The notes beneath the pieces are model-generated. The model was not told the origin of the DNA. It saw nothing but the letters and a program-made list of their open reading frames with translations, and made no database searches. Position numbers and translations under genes: made by a program. From a virus (Duplodnaviria > Caudoviricetes): 50,740 nucleotides of DNA. Location: positions 1 through 50,740 of the IMG/VR virus record IMGVR_UViG_3300037628_000359; one strand, written 5' to 3'. Position 1 is the stretch's first letter, and each line of letters starts with the position of its first letter. This document shows, in pieces, positions 18,372 through 27,688 of this stretch.

Positions 18372-19766
18372 ATGGCTTTACCATTTCAAAATACAAGGCT
18401 AGGACAAAGAATACAGCCATCATTTCAACCTGCTATTAAACGCACATTACCTGTTATCGGGCAACAACCGCGCGGCACATTACCTGCTAATCAATTTGCA
18501 CCACAACAACCACAACAACAATTTGGTTTAGGTGGAGCTGAACAAGCATTACAAGCAGGATTGGCAGGAGGTGTTAGTGCTTTAGATATAGGGCAAAGAG
18601 CTGGTTTAAATACCCTTCAATTCGGTAATGCATTAGCACAAAACCAACTAGGTCAAGGCAGGCAAGTATTACAGCAAGCAGGGTTAGGCGCTCAAAATCA
18701 AATACAACAAGGTGTTAATGCGCTAGGTGGTAACTTTAACGCTAGTGCAGCACAGGTTGACCAAAACACAGGACAACCATTATTTCAACAGGCTGCGGCT
18801 GGTGTTAATCAGTTTTCTCCTGCTGGATTACAGGCTCAGGGGTTGCAATCTGCATTAAGCGGGGTGCAAGGGCAGCAAGCGTTTGATCAAGCCTTATTAA
18901 ATAACCCCCTGCAAAACTTTTTAAATCAAAGAGGCCAACAGGCTTTAGCTAATCAAGCAGCGGCAAGTGGCGGATTAGGTAGTGGTCAATTTCAGCAAGA
19001 GTTACAGCAATTAGGGCAAGCTCAAGCGGGACAGCAACTACAACAGCAAGTACAAAATTTGGTCGCGTTATCTGGTCAAGGATTACAGGCGGCAGGATTA
19101 GGCGGTCAATTCCTAAGTCAGGCAGGACAGCAACAGGGTAACTTAGCAGCGCAAAACGCACAATTAGGCACACAGGCCAATCTAGCTAACGCAAGAAATA
19201 GATTACAAGCAGCAGGTCAACAAGCGCAGTTATTTGGTCAAGGTGCAGGACTACAACAACAACTAGGCGGTCAGCAGGCTCAACTATTTGGTCAGGGTGC
19301 AGGTATAGGTGCTAATTTGGCAGGACAAGGTGCGCAAGCTCAGTTTGGTACAGGTATTAACGCAGCAAATTTATTAAGTGGCACAGGTCAAAATATCGGT
19401 CAAGCAAGATTGCAAGCAGGTAGAGATATCGCCTCTCAAATCGGTCAAAGCACATCAGTATTATCTCAACTAGCAAACCAGCAAGGCAGCGGAATAGCTG
19501 ATATAATAGGTGCAGGCGGTAGTAATATCGCTAATATATTAAGTGGGGCAGGGCAATTAAATGCACAGCAGCAAACACAGTTAGCTCAACTTTTAGCTAA
19601 TATATCGACCGGTACAGGATCACAACTTAGTAATATTGCACTAGGGCAAGGACAGCAGGCTGCTAATACTGCTTTACAGCAGGGCGCTAATCAGCAACAG
19701 TTGATAGGTAATCTAGTAGGTGCGTTTGGTCAATTTAAAGGTCAACAGCCAGCAGTAACACCATAG
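18372..19766 (+). CDS. Ejection protein, Q/G/A/L/N-rich
   Basis: Low-complexity, nearly uncharged; AAASGGLGSG motif typical of podovirus ejection proteins. Confidence 0.7.
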   Translation: MALPFQNTRLGQRIQPSFQPAIKRTLPVIGQQPRGTLPANQFAPQQPQQQFGLGGAEQALQAGLAGGVSALDIGQRAGLNTLQFGNALAQNQLGQGRQVLQQAGLGAQNQIQQGVNALGGNFNASAAQVDQNTGQPLFQQAAAGVNQFSPAGLQAQGLQSALSGVQGQQAFDQALLNNPLQNFLNQRGQQALANQAAASGGLGSGQFQQELQQLGQAQAGQQLQQQVQNLVALSGQGLQAAGLGGQFLSQAGQQQGNLAAQNAQLGTQANLANARNRLQAAGQQAQLFGQGAGLQQQLGGQQAQLFGQGAGIGANLAGQGAQAQFGTGINAANLLSGTGQNIGQARLQAGRDIASQIGQSTSVLSQLANQQGSGIADIIGAGGSNIANILSGAGQLNAQQQTQLAQLLANISTGTGSQLSNIALGQGQQAANTALQQGANQQQLIGNLVGAFGQFKGQQPAVTP

Positions 19767-19777
19767 AGGAATAAAGG

Positions 19778-20968
19778 ATGGCTTTTAATCCATTACAGAA
19801 TTTTAATCAGGGCTTTGCTTCAGGGCAGCAGCAAAGGATTAGTGGACTGCAAAACACACTTGCCGGGCAAGTTCAGCAAGGAGGTTTTGATCCTGCATCT
19901 AGCGTTGAGTTTTCACAATTAAGCGTCTTAGATCCTGAAAGAGCATCAGCAACATTAAATACATTTCAATCTTTAAGTAAGGAGAGAAAAAAAGCTTATC
20001 ACGAAGATTTACAAGACGGCCTTAGAGCTTTGGAGACTGGTGACGGTGGTAGATTTTTGGATGTTATGAATGACAGATTAGGCGCTATTGAAAAATTAAA
20101 CGGTGACCCATCAGGCACACAGTTTTTGTTAAATAAATTTAATGATGGTGCTATTGATGAGCTAATTTCTGGATTAAGACAAACAGAGCAAGCAGGAATA
20201 ATCGGGGAGTTTTTACCTGACCCTCTTGGCTCAAGAAAAGGAAGATCAGTTCAGTCATCCAAAATACTTGATGATGGCACTGTCATTGAGGTTTTAGGGG
20301 GTGGTGGTAGACAGGTTATATCACCAACAGGCAAGATAGTAACAGGTACTGAGGCGAGGGATATTGTCGCAGCAGCTAGCAAAAAGGTTCAACAAAGAAA
20401 AATAGAGCTTAAAAAGCTAGACCAGACAATTAAACGAGAACAAGCAAAAGAAGGGCTGTTAACGGATCAGCAAAAATCAATACAACGCGGAAATATTAAA
20501 AGGCTTGGCGCGTTATCTAATACTGCATCAGGAAGGAGTTCTGCAACAAAGAAAGCGACTAAGTTTAAGTTGGCGCTAGAAAGAGGTGAAGCTTCCTCTG
20601 GTGCGGGACGTAAAGCAGCACAATTTATACCCGGAGTTTTCACTAGCCAAGGTCAATTTGATGAACAATTTAACGCCTTCGCTGAAGTAGCAGCAAGGCA
20701 ACAATTAAAGGCTTCTGGAGAAGTTAGACCAACTGATGCTGATGTAAAGGGTATGAAACAAGCTATGTTTGGCATCGGTAGAGATGAAGCGGTTAACATT
20801 CAGTTATTAACAGACTTTATTAATGATCAAAACGCTCAAAATGATGAGTTAGATCAGCTAATAGATGCTAGTAGGAGCGGTAATTTAGGTGGGTTCACTT
20901 TTACCGCGCAGCAACCAGTAATTAAACCAGACCTAACCAAGCTTTCAGACGATGAGTTATTTAACTAA
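19778..20968 (+). CDS. Ejection protein, gp20-like position
   Basis: Helical 396-aa protein; synteny. Confidence 0.65.
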   Translation: MAFNPLQNFNQGFASGQQQRISGLQNTLAGQVQQGGFDPASSVEFSQLSVLDPERASATLNTFQSLSKERKKAYHEDLQDGLRALETGDGGRFLDVMNDRLGAIEKLNGDPSGTQFLLNKFNDGAIDELISGLRQTEQAGIIGEFLPDPLGSRKGRSVQSSKILDDGTVIEVLGGGGRQVISPTGKIVTGTEARDIVAAASKKVQQRKIELKKLDQTIKREQAKEGLLTDQQKSIQRGNIKRLGALSNTASGRSSATKKATKFKLALERGEASSGAGRKAAQFIPGVFTSQGQFDEQFNAFAEVAARQQLKASGEVRPTDADVKGMKQAMFGIGRDEAVNIQLLTDFINDQNAQNDELDQLIDASRSGNLGGFTFTAQQPVIKPDLTKLSDDELFN

Positions 20969-22680
20969 TGGCTAATACAAGAGAGAAATGGCAAGAAATT
21001 GCCAACAGGGGTTTACAAGATAAATTCGATCCTCAAACTAGATCTAAATTTGATGAGGCGGTTAACCGTGGATTAATAACATTACCACAACAACAACTTC
21101 AACCAGCATTAAGGCCCGAGCAAGCAGCAACACCAATTAGTGAGGACTTTATTCCTACAGAAGAGGCTTTAGCCATTCCAGCACCGGGAGCACCAGAAAG
21201 AACACTGGGCGAGCAGGTTATTGGTGCCGGTGAGGCTGCATTGACTACAGCAACCGGAATAACTGGTGGTGCCTTAGGTTTTGGTGCAGGATCACTAAGT
21301 GGTGCACTAGGTGAGCTTACCGGCAGATTAAAGCCAGGTGAAGGTCTTGAAGAGGCTCAGGCATTGGCGGCTAAATTAACGTTTGTACCAAGAACAGAGG
21401 CGGGGCAAGAATTTGTTGGTGATATCGGCGAGGCGTTAAGCACACTTCCGCCTGTCGGTTTAACTAACGGCATAATACCTAAAATAGCCGTTCCTAATAT
21501 CAGGCTACCTAAAAGTACAAACAAAGCCATAAACGCTATTAGCGAGGCGGGACCAGAAAATTTACAAAAGAGTTTCACTAAAAAATTAGGTGATGATAGG
21601 TTTGAGCCTCGTATTTTTGGCTTAGTTAAAGAGGCTAGGAAACAGGGTTTTGATGATTCTGTCACTACTTTGATAGCTAACGCAGGTCCTAGAACCAAGC
21701 GAAGAATGCTAAAACAGGTATTAACGGTCGAAAAAGGTAAGGGTGACACTAGAGCAAAGGCGCTACTTAGGACAGCAGACGAGGCTGGAGAGGCAGTAAT
21801 TAAACAGTTTGATTTTGTCAAAAGAAGTAACGAACAAGCAGAGACTCAGCTAGGAAGGGTTACAAAGGGATTGAAAGGCAAGAGTGCTGATGTAAGCGAA
21901 CCAATAAATTCATTCTTTAAACGATTAGAAAATCTAGGTGTAAAATTTGATGAAGACGGAAAGCCTAACTTTGAGACAGCAGTTTTTGAGGGTTCTACAC
22001 CAGCAGAAAGCCTAGTAAATAAAATAGCTTTGAGAATAAAAAGAAATAAAGGGTTTGATGATACTGATGGATTTAAAGCGCACGAGTTCAAAAAATTCAT
22101 AGATGAAAATGTGAACTTCGAAAAGTCAGAAGGTGGCCTTAGTGGCAGGGTTGATAGAGCCGTAAAGTCTTTAAGAAGTGATATCAATGAAAGTATAAAT
22201 AATATTTCTGATAGATATAAACAGGCTAATAAACAGTTTTCTGACACGATAACGACACTAAATGAGATGCAAAAAGTTGCGGGTAGGAATCTGGATTTCT
22301 CTGGTCCTAATGTAAACAAAGCTGTTGGCACGTTATTAAGACGGCAGACAGGCAACGACAAATCTAGAGCAAACCTATTGACTGCTATAGACAACCTTGA
22401 AAAAACAACTAGGAAATATGGCGGATCATTCGATGATGATATATTGAGCTTATCAATTTTTGCCGATGAATTAGATGCTGTTTTTGGTAGCGGTGCTAGA
22501 ACGTCACTGCGGGGAGAGGTTGGCAAGGCTGGTGTAGATGCAGCCATTGATATATCACAAATGACATTGACGGGTGCCGCAGCAGTAGGGGCGAAAGCAT
22601 TGAACAGAAAAAGGCTAGGTATCAACGAGAAAAACCAATTAAAAGCAATCAAGGATCTTTTAAAAAGTAAAAACAACTAG
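20968..22680 (+). CDS. Ejection protein, gp16-like position
   Basis: 570 aa with a G/A-rich hydrophobic hairpin near the N-terminus; last internal virion gene. Confidence 0.7.
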   Translation: MANTREKWQEIANRGLQDKFDPQTRSKFDEAVNRGLITLPQQQLQPALRPEQAATPISEDFIPTEEALAIPAPGAPERTLGEQVIGAGEAALTTATGITGGALGFGAGSLSGALGELTGRLKPGEGLEEAQALAAKLTFVPRTEAGQEFVGDIGEALSTLPPVGLTNGIIPKIAVPNIRLPKSTNKAINAISEAGPENLQKSFTKKLGDDRFEPRIFGLVKEARKQGFDDSVTTLIANAGPRTKRRMLKQVLTVEKGKGDTRAKALLRTADEAGEAVIKQFDFVKRSNEQAETQLGRVTKGLKGKSADVSEPINSFFKRLENLGVKFDEDGKPNFETAVFEGSTPAESLVNKIALRIKRNKGFDDTDGFKAHEFKKFIDENVNFEKSEGGLSGRVDRAVKSLRSDINESINNISDRYKQANKQFSDTITTLNEMQKVAGRNLDFSGPNVNKAVGTLLRRQTGNDKSRANLLTAIDNLEKTTRKYGGSFDDDILSLSIFADELDAVFGSGARTSLRGEVGKAGVDAAIDISQMTLTGAAAVGAKALNRKRLGINEKNQLKAIKDLLKSKNN

Positions 22681-22692
22681 TTCAAATATGTT

Positions 22693-22788
22693 TTATTTTT
22701 TAAAAGTGAACGCAATACCTGCACAGGCACCGACAATACAAGATAGTGCAAGGTAGGTTAGAAATAAATAATAGGCTGTATATAACAT
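22693..22788 (-). CDS. 31-aa single-TM peptide (not in ORF track)
   Basis: MLYTAYYLFLTYLALSCIVGACAGIAFTFKK with AAGG upstream. Confidence 0.35.
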   Translation of the reverse strand: MLYTAYYLFLTYLALSCIVGACAGIAFTFKK

Positions 22789-22826
22789 GGTAAAATCAAC
22801 CTTAAATAAAATCAGTATAGCACAAA

Positions 22827-23438
22827 TTAAAAATACTCCTTTGATAGCCTGATTAGTGCGCTCTTTAGTGGTTCAATCTGCTTTAAAGCTATTTCTAATA
22901 TAGCTTTTGATTTAAACCTTTTATATACACTATGAGCTTCATCTAAAGTTTTATAATACCCCAAGCACTTGCGGTTTCCTAATACACTGCATTGTGCTAT
23001 AAACCTTTTATCTCTTTCGCTAAAGCAGATCCCCATAGGTAGATCTCCTCTTTTTGAGTCATTCGTTCCGAGAAGTCTATTTATTTTAGGGTCAACAAAT
23101 AGACATGTAGATGGACTGTATTCTTTATTCCCTTGAAATAAAATATCTTTATCAAGGTCCTTCTTTTGCCAGTCTTGCTTTTCCATCCATGCTTTAAATA
23201 CAGAAAACGTAAGCCACTCATCGTACACTGTGCAGTCTTTGTATGTTGGATTCTTTGCGTGAAACACGGTAGAATAGCATCTGTTGAGCATGCTTGACCA
23301 TTTCCTGTAGTACGGACACCTTTGATACTTACCATTTATTTTTGGGTTTACCCTATAAAGAGCGTCATTAATTCCTACACCTAAATGAAGTTTTCTTTGT
23401 GCTAAAGAGTTTTTGTTTGCTGAAATTTCTATAAACAT
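22827..23438 (-). CDS. HNH-type endonuclease with AP2-like C-terminus
   Basis: GVGIND...WSSMLNRCY...YKDCTV...W..FS.F...LDKDIL..GNKEYSP..CLFV, then LPMGI...LGYY. Confidence 0.8.
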   Translation of the reverse strand: MFIEISANKNSLAQRKLHLGVGINDALYRVNPKINGKYQRCPYYRKWSSMLNRCYSTVFHAKNPTYKDCTVYDEWLTFSVFKAWMEKQDWQKKDLDKDILFQGNKEYSPSTCLFVDPKINRLLGTNDSKRGDLPMGICFSERDKRFIAQCSVLGNRKCLGYYKTLDEAHSVYKRFKSKAILEIALKQIEPLKSALIRLSKEYF

Positions 23439-23460
23439 AATAATTACCTTAGTGTAATTG

Positions 23461-23526
23461 CTTAGAATTGAGGTTTTGCGCCAGCCTGTTCTAAGTTCAG
23501 GTTTTCGGGTTCGATGCCCTAGACGC
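23461..23526 (-). promoter_or_regulatory. Structured 5' leader (three-way junction plus pseudoknot) of the HNH gene
   Basis: Minus strand GCGTC/GGCGC stem encloses GGG/CCC and CCTG/CAGG hairpins; loop CTTAGAA is complementary to downstream TTCTAAG. Confidence 0.6.
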
Positions 23527-23599
23527 TATTTAACCATAGCATTTATATTAAAGTGTTACCATGGTATAATAATTTAATTCTATAATTAAGGAGAAATCT

Positions 23600-24424
23600 A
23601 TCTCTAGATTCGTCTCGCCCATTACGGATATGCGCCCAAACGGAAGTTTACGCTTCTTTAGATCCGGCACGAATACCGAGTTAATCACTTTTAAAGATGA
23701 TCTAGAAACCATACAAAACCCGACTATCGTACTAGTATTACCCAACGGAAATGTAGAGAATGTATTTTATAGTGGTTCAGCTAAAGTAATTTATCTTGAT
23801 GAGTTTGATGTTCAATATGCAGAGAGAGATCCTGTTGGCGCAGAAAGAGAATTAGGTAATTTCTCAATATGGGATACTGTTGTTAGTTATGACATAAATA
23901 ATATTGTTCAAGGTTCAGACGGTAAATTTTACGTATCACTATCAAACGCCAATATAGGTAACGACCCAACAATAACACCTAGCCAGTGGGAAGAGTGGCC
24001 GGTTAATGGTATTTATAACGCAAACATCCCTTACAGTGTTGGTGAAGTTGTACAGACAACGGTAGGTAATTTCTGGAAATCTTTAGTTGTATCTAATTTA
24101 GCTAATAACCCTGAAACTGATGATGGTACAAATTGGGAGCCAGCATTTAACGATAGTTTCAAAAAAATAATAGTTGATACTGTGTTAAAAATCGGCAATA
24201 GCTATTTCAGCACAGTAACAAAATCACACACTGTACCGGCTGGTGTAAATACTGGTGATAAGATAATAATCACATGGAAAGACGGCACGACAATGACACT
24301 AACTTCAGCCAGTAATATGTCAGTAACAGGTGCAACAAAAACAACCGATACCACATGGGTATTTACTAATTTTATAACTGTCTTAACGCTTGTTTGGGAT
24401 GGTGCAGAGTGGGGGATTAAATAA
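23600..24424 (+). CDS. Tail fibre/spike with head-binding N-terminal domain and two CBM5/12-like repeats; probable ATC start
   Basis: NGSLRFFRSGT-x-T...N domain; WDTVVSY...GKFYVSL...W and YNANIPY...FWKSL...W repeats; AAGGAG lies 6 nt before an in-frame ATC at 23600. Confidence 0.75.
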   Translation: MSRFVSPITDMRPNGSLRFFRSGTNTELITFKDDLETIQNPTIVLVLPNGNVENVFYSGSAKVIYLDEFDVQYAERDPVGAERELGNFSIWDTVVSYDINNIVQGSDGKFYVSLSNANIGNDPTITPSQWEEWPVNGIYNANIPYSVGEVVQTTVGNFWKSLVVSNLANNPETDDGTNWEPAFNDSFKKIIVDTVLKIGNSYFSTVTKSHTVPAGVNTGDKIIITWKDGTTMTLTSASNMSVTGATKTTDTTWVFTNFITVLTLVWDGAEWGIK

Positions 24425-24801
24425 TGGCTAATTGGGATGATCTATTTAGTGGGGGGTTTACAGATACATCTATCGACCCATTGCAAAATATAGCCTCTGG
24501 TGTTACTGGTGATATATTTACGCCAGCAGCGCCAGCAGCAAATGAGAAGATTAGAATTACGGGGTTATGGGCTGGCGCTGCACAGGCAGGGATAACTATT
24601 GAGTTTGGTGGGGTAGAAAGGTTATCATTATCAACTATTGGCACTGCTATAAATACACCAAATACAGGGGAGTTTACTATTGGTGCTGCCACTACTATGT
24701 GTAACTACATAGAGGGCGGTATTGGTGAGTCACTTGTAATTAAAAAAAATGTAGGTAATACGGCGGCGGCAATAAGTGTCCTAATAAAATACGGAATGTA
24801 A
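24424..24801 (+). CDS. Small tail-tip/receptor-binding partner protein
   Basis: Coupled to the fibre gene (TAATG); beta-rich; MANWDDLFSGG N-terminus. Confidence 0.6.
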   Translation: MANWDDLFSGGFTDTSIDPLQNIASGVTGDIFTPAAPAANEKIRITGLWAGAAQAGITIEFGGVERLSLSTIGTAINTPNTGEFTIGAATTMCNYIEGGIGESLVIKKNVGNTAAAISVLIKYGM

Positions 24802-25320
24802 CTAAAACGCATACTCAACAAACAAGCCGACACCATACGTTTTAACCGTAGCTGCTGGCTTATCTTTTTCATAATACCGAGTAGCTTTTAACGATACAGA
24901 CCATTGATTATCTAAATTGTATTTAACACCTACTGTCGGGCCTAAATCAAAATCATGGTCAAGTCCTGAATAGTTACTACCAGTTAACCAGCCTTTGTAT
25001 TCATAATACCCAACACCCCAAAACGCAGACCAATCATTGACATCATATTTATACAGTATTTCCAATTCAAGAACTTTATCAGTTCTAACCGCCCACGCAC
25101 TACCAAAGCTATCTTTAGCAGAGTTACCTATACCGTAAGCCGCCCTAACGCCAAATCCTGCATCATTAAACGCAGATAATGATAGAGAGTGTATCTGTGT
25201 ATCAAAACGGGCTATATGGCCCCATGTATGTCTCACGTTTTGATAGCCGTAGCCGACTGAGTATTTAGTTGCTAACGCATGACTACTTAATAACATTAGC
25301 GGTATAATTAAATATTTCAT
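24802..25320 (-). CDS. Outer-membrane beta-barrel protein (OmpA-like 8-strand/Lom-Ail-like)
   Basis: Signal peptide MKYLIIPLMLLSSHALA, alternating aromatic strands, C-terminal YAF beta-signal. Confidence 0.8.
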   Translation of the reverse strand: MKYLIIPLMLLSSHALATKYSVGYGYQNVRHTWGHIARFDTQIHSLSLSAFNDAGFGVRAAYGIGNSAKDSFGSAWAVRTDKVLELEILYKYDVNDWSAFWGVGYYEYKGWLTGSNYSGLDHDFDLGPTVGVKYNLDNQWSVSLKATRYYEKDKPAATVKTYGVGLFVEYAF

Positions 25321-25359
25321 TTTCTTACCTTTTAGTTATAATTAACTTGTTTCATGATT

Positions 25360-25393
25360 AGCCGGTAGAATTCAGAGCCCTACTGGCTTTTTT
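25360..25393 (+). terminator. Plus-strand intrinsic terminator
   Basis: AGCCGGTAG...CTACTGGCT (G-U pair only on +) followed by a T run. Confidence 0.6.
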
Positions 25394-25820
25394 ATTTACA
25401 GCCTAACCAGCCAAAATAAGCAGCTGATCGCGTATCTTCGTTACTTCTACCTGTCCAGCCAGTCACTTTTTCAAACTGTGATTTATCCTTTTTCCACATC
25501 TTTGATATTTTATGATGAACTATTTTGACACCTTTGGATTCAAAAAAACGCTCCAACTCTAATTGTGCTTGCTTGCACATACCAATATTTTGAGCCATTT
25601 TTAGTTTCACATGGATATTTGCTTTTTTATCCCTCGCCATGAATGCCGCACTGACACCATTAACATCTTCAATGTGTACCTCAAAACTATCATCCCAATC
25701 GGTATAATTCATAATATCAACTAGTGACATGCATCGTAAATCAAGCAATTCACCATCACTATAAACTGCAATACCGTGCGCCTTACTGTCCGGATCGCAC
25801 CCAATGATAATTTTTGACAT
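25392..25820 (-). CDS. RuvC-like Holliday junction resolvase
   Basis: IIIGCDPD, VHIEDV and NEDTRSAA acidic catalytic pattern. Confidence 0.7.
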   Translation of the reverse strand: MSKIIIGCDPDSKAHGIAVYSDGELLDLRCMSLVDIMNYTDWDDSFEVHIEDVNGVSAAFMARDKKANIHVKLKMAQNIGMCKQAQLELERFFESKGVKIVHHKISKMWKKDKSQFEKVTGWTGRSNEDTRSAAYFGWLGCK

Positions 25821-25822
25821 AA

Positions 25823-26314
25823 TTAACTCCCGTGATTTTCATGAAAATTATATTTATTTATAGCTTTAGTCCTAGCCTTTGCCGCATCATCTATGTTGTG
25901 AAAGCAACCTAGGCTTTTCTTTTTTCCATCAACCATTATTTCAGCGGACCACTTACCTATCTGTTTATGCCACCAAACACCGGTTACACCACTGGTATTA
26001 TCTGATCTTTTTGAGATGTTTTTATTGTTTGTAGCCTTATCAACAACTCTTAAATTAACAATCCTGTTATCTGTTCTTATATGGTTTATGTGATCGATAT
26101 CACCATTGGGGAATCCACCATTTACATAAAGCCAAACAAGCCTGTGTTGCGTGTACATCTTATAGTTAATTCTTAACTGATAGTACCCGTCTTTATTTTT
26201 ACTAACTGGAATACTGCCTTTTTGAGCGCTACCGCAAGTGGTAATTAGTCGAGTAAACATTCCAGTATCAAAATCATAAGAAACAATCCCTTTAAGTTCG
26301 TCTTGAGTAATCAT
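25823..26314 (-). CDS. HNH homing endonuclease with AP2-like domain
   Basis: QHRLVW...IDHINHIRTDNRIVNLR, NTSGVTGVWW, FHENHG end. Confidence 0.9.
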   Translation of the reverse strand: MITQDELKGIVSYDFDTGMFTRLITTCGSAQKGSIPVSKNKDGYYQLRINYKMYTQHRLVWLYVNGGFPNGDIDHINHIRTDNRIVNLRVVDKATNNKNISKRSDNTSGVTGVWWHKQIGKWSAEIMVDGKKKSLGCFHNIDDAAKARTKAINKYNFHENHGS

Positions 26315-26371
26315 AAATAAACCTTTTTACTTAATAGGTATTAAGTATAACACAAGAATACTCTATAATAC

Positions 26372-26659
26372 CTATAACATCTCCATGACTTGTTTTAACA
26401 AATCCTGCTCGCTACCATAACTATTTTCCCATGCTTTACGTCCAGCGTGAACAGCAACACCATAACCGCCTGTTCGATGATGTCCGTGACACAAAGGTAT
26501 AACTTCATAGTTTGAAGCGCGTTTACCCATCGTTCCGTTGCCTATGTGATGAATTTCCGCTGGCACATCAAACGCAAATCCATTATTGCAAACAATACAG
26601 CCTAATTCTGCCACTTTAGACATGTGCTTTTTTTCTTTTACGGTCGATTGTTTACTCAA
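26372..26659 (-). CDS. Ref-like (RecA-dependent) HNH nuclease
   Basis: VAELGCIVC...AEIHH...VIPLCHGHHR...HAG; likely TTG start at 26659 after GGAG. Confidence 0.75.
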   Translation of the reverse strand: MSKQSTVKEKKHMSKVAELGCIVCNNGFAFDVPAEIHHIGNGTMGKRASNYEVIPLCHGHHRTGGYGVAVHAGRKAWENSYGSEQDLLKQVMEML

Positions 26660-26824
26660 TTTCAAATGCTCCAAACTGTTGACTATTACTATTTTAATTT
26701 CTTGCTTAACCAAACTAAGCCACCCAAGAATAAATTTCAACTAACGCTATTGCTGTAATAAAAACAATAAGCGCCATTTGTAATCTTGCTTTTGCTTGTT
26801 TTGTCACGTTATTTCTCCTATTAG

Positions 26825-27028
26825 CTAATCAAATATTCTCTGGCAAATTCTAAACTTAAAATGCAACTCGTCATGAATTCTTCTGGTGTTACTTTGCCAA
26901 CCATAACGCCACCAAACCGATCGATCTAAATCCCAGTGATTTCGGTCTCTCTTTATAATAACGACATACCAAAACCAATATTCAAAAACTTTGAGTTTGC
27001 ATTTAATATATTTAAGTAAATTGATCAT
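26825..27028 (-). CDS. Hypothetical protein
   Basis: AGGAGG RBS in a repeated boundary motif. Confidence 0.5.
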   Translation of the reverse strand: MINLLKYIKCKLKVFEYWFWYVVIIKRDRNHWDLDRSVWWRYGWQSNTRRIHDELHFKFRICQRIFD

Positions 27029-27039
27029 AACCCCTCCTA

Positions 27040-27243
27040 TTAGCTAAATTTCCATTTATGAGTAATACCATACCTAATAGCGAAAAATCCAAGTACAACA
27101 CCGCGCAAAGGTAATCCATCATACTTATGAGAATAACATTCAAATGAAATAGGCCAATTAAACTCAATAAGAATAAAGCCAGTGCCGATATTTGTATCGC
27201 CACCCTTGTATAATTTACGCCATTTTTCCCACTCATACTTCAT
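27040..27243 (-). CDS. Hypothetical protein
   Basis: Fits operon spacing; stop sits in the boundary motif. Confidence 0.55.
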   Translation of the reverse strand: MKYEWEKWRKLYKGGDTNIGTGFILIEFNWPISFECYSHKYDGLPLRGVVLGFFAIRYGITHKWKFS

Positions 27244-27245
27244 GG

Positions 27246-27449
27246 TTATTGTCCTTTTTCTCGTATTTTGTTTTTATTAGCAGAATTATCATTTAGCCAG
27301 TGCATTGTTGAGCAGTTTTTACATGTTAATACTGTCTCATACTGTATGGTTGTTTCTTCTGCGTTAGCGGGGTATTCTTTGTGCTTGTATTCAAACTCAT
27401 CATTACAACCACAGTTACCGCAAATAACGTGTAATCTTGCTCTGACCAT
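27246..27449 (-). CDS. Zinc-ribbon protein
   Basis: CGNCG...CKNC. Confidence 0.7.
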   Translation of the reverse strand: MVRARLHVICGNCGCNDEFEYKHKEYPANAEETTIQYETVLTCKNCSTMHWLNDNSANKNKIREKGQ

Positions 27450-27475
27450 CTTCTTTCTCCTATTAGCTATAATGG

Positions 27476-27679
27476 TTAACTACACGGATCTAAGTTCATT
27501 AAATACTCTGACAACTCATTAATAAGCTTTGTTGCCTCAAATTTATTTAATTCATAATTATTAGTAATAGTCTCAAAAGTGTGGCCACCATCTGATGAGC
27601 AATCACTTTCTTGTGTAATAAATATTTCTAAAAAATGATTATTAATAACTGTTTCGAATTCACCGTTTTTTGATTTCAT
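27476..27679 (-). CDS. Hypothetical protein
   Basis: GGGGAG RBS. Confidence 0.55.
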   Translation of the reverse strand: MKSKNGEFETVINNHFLEIFITQESDCSSDGGHTFETITNNYELNKFEATKLINELSEYLMNLDPCS

Positions 27680-27688
27680 AACTCCCCC

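Noticed and set aside
21357-22676. Long minus-strand ORFs 21357-21821 and 21846-22676
   Set aside because: Antisense shadows of the ejection gene with no RBS or motifs. The same applies to antisense ORFs over the portal, coat, 13626 gene, MazG and TerL.
27012-27236. Alternative-frame hydrophobic ORF
   Set aside because: It overlaps 27040-27243, which fits the repeated stop-RBS linker spacing better.
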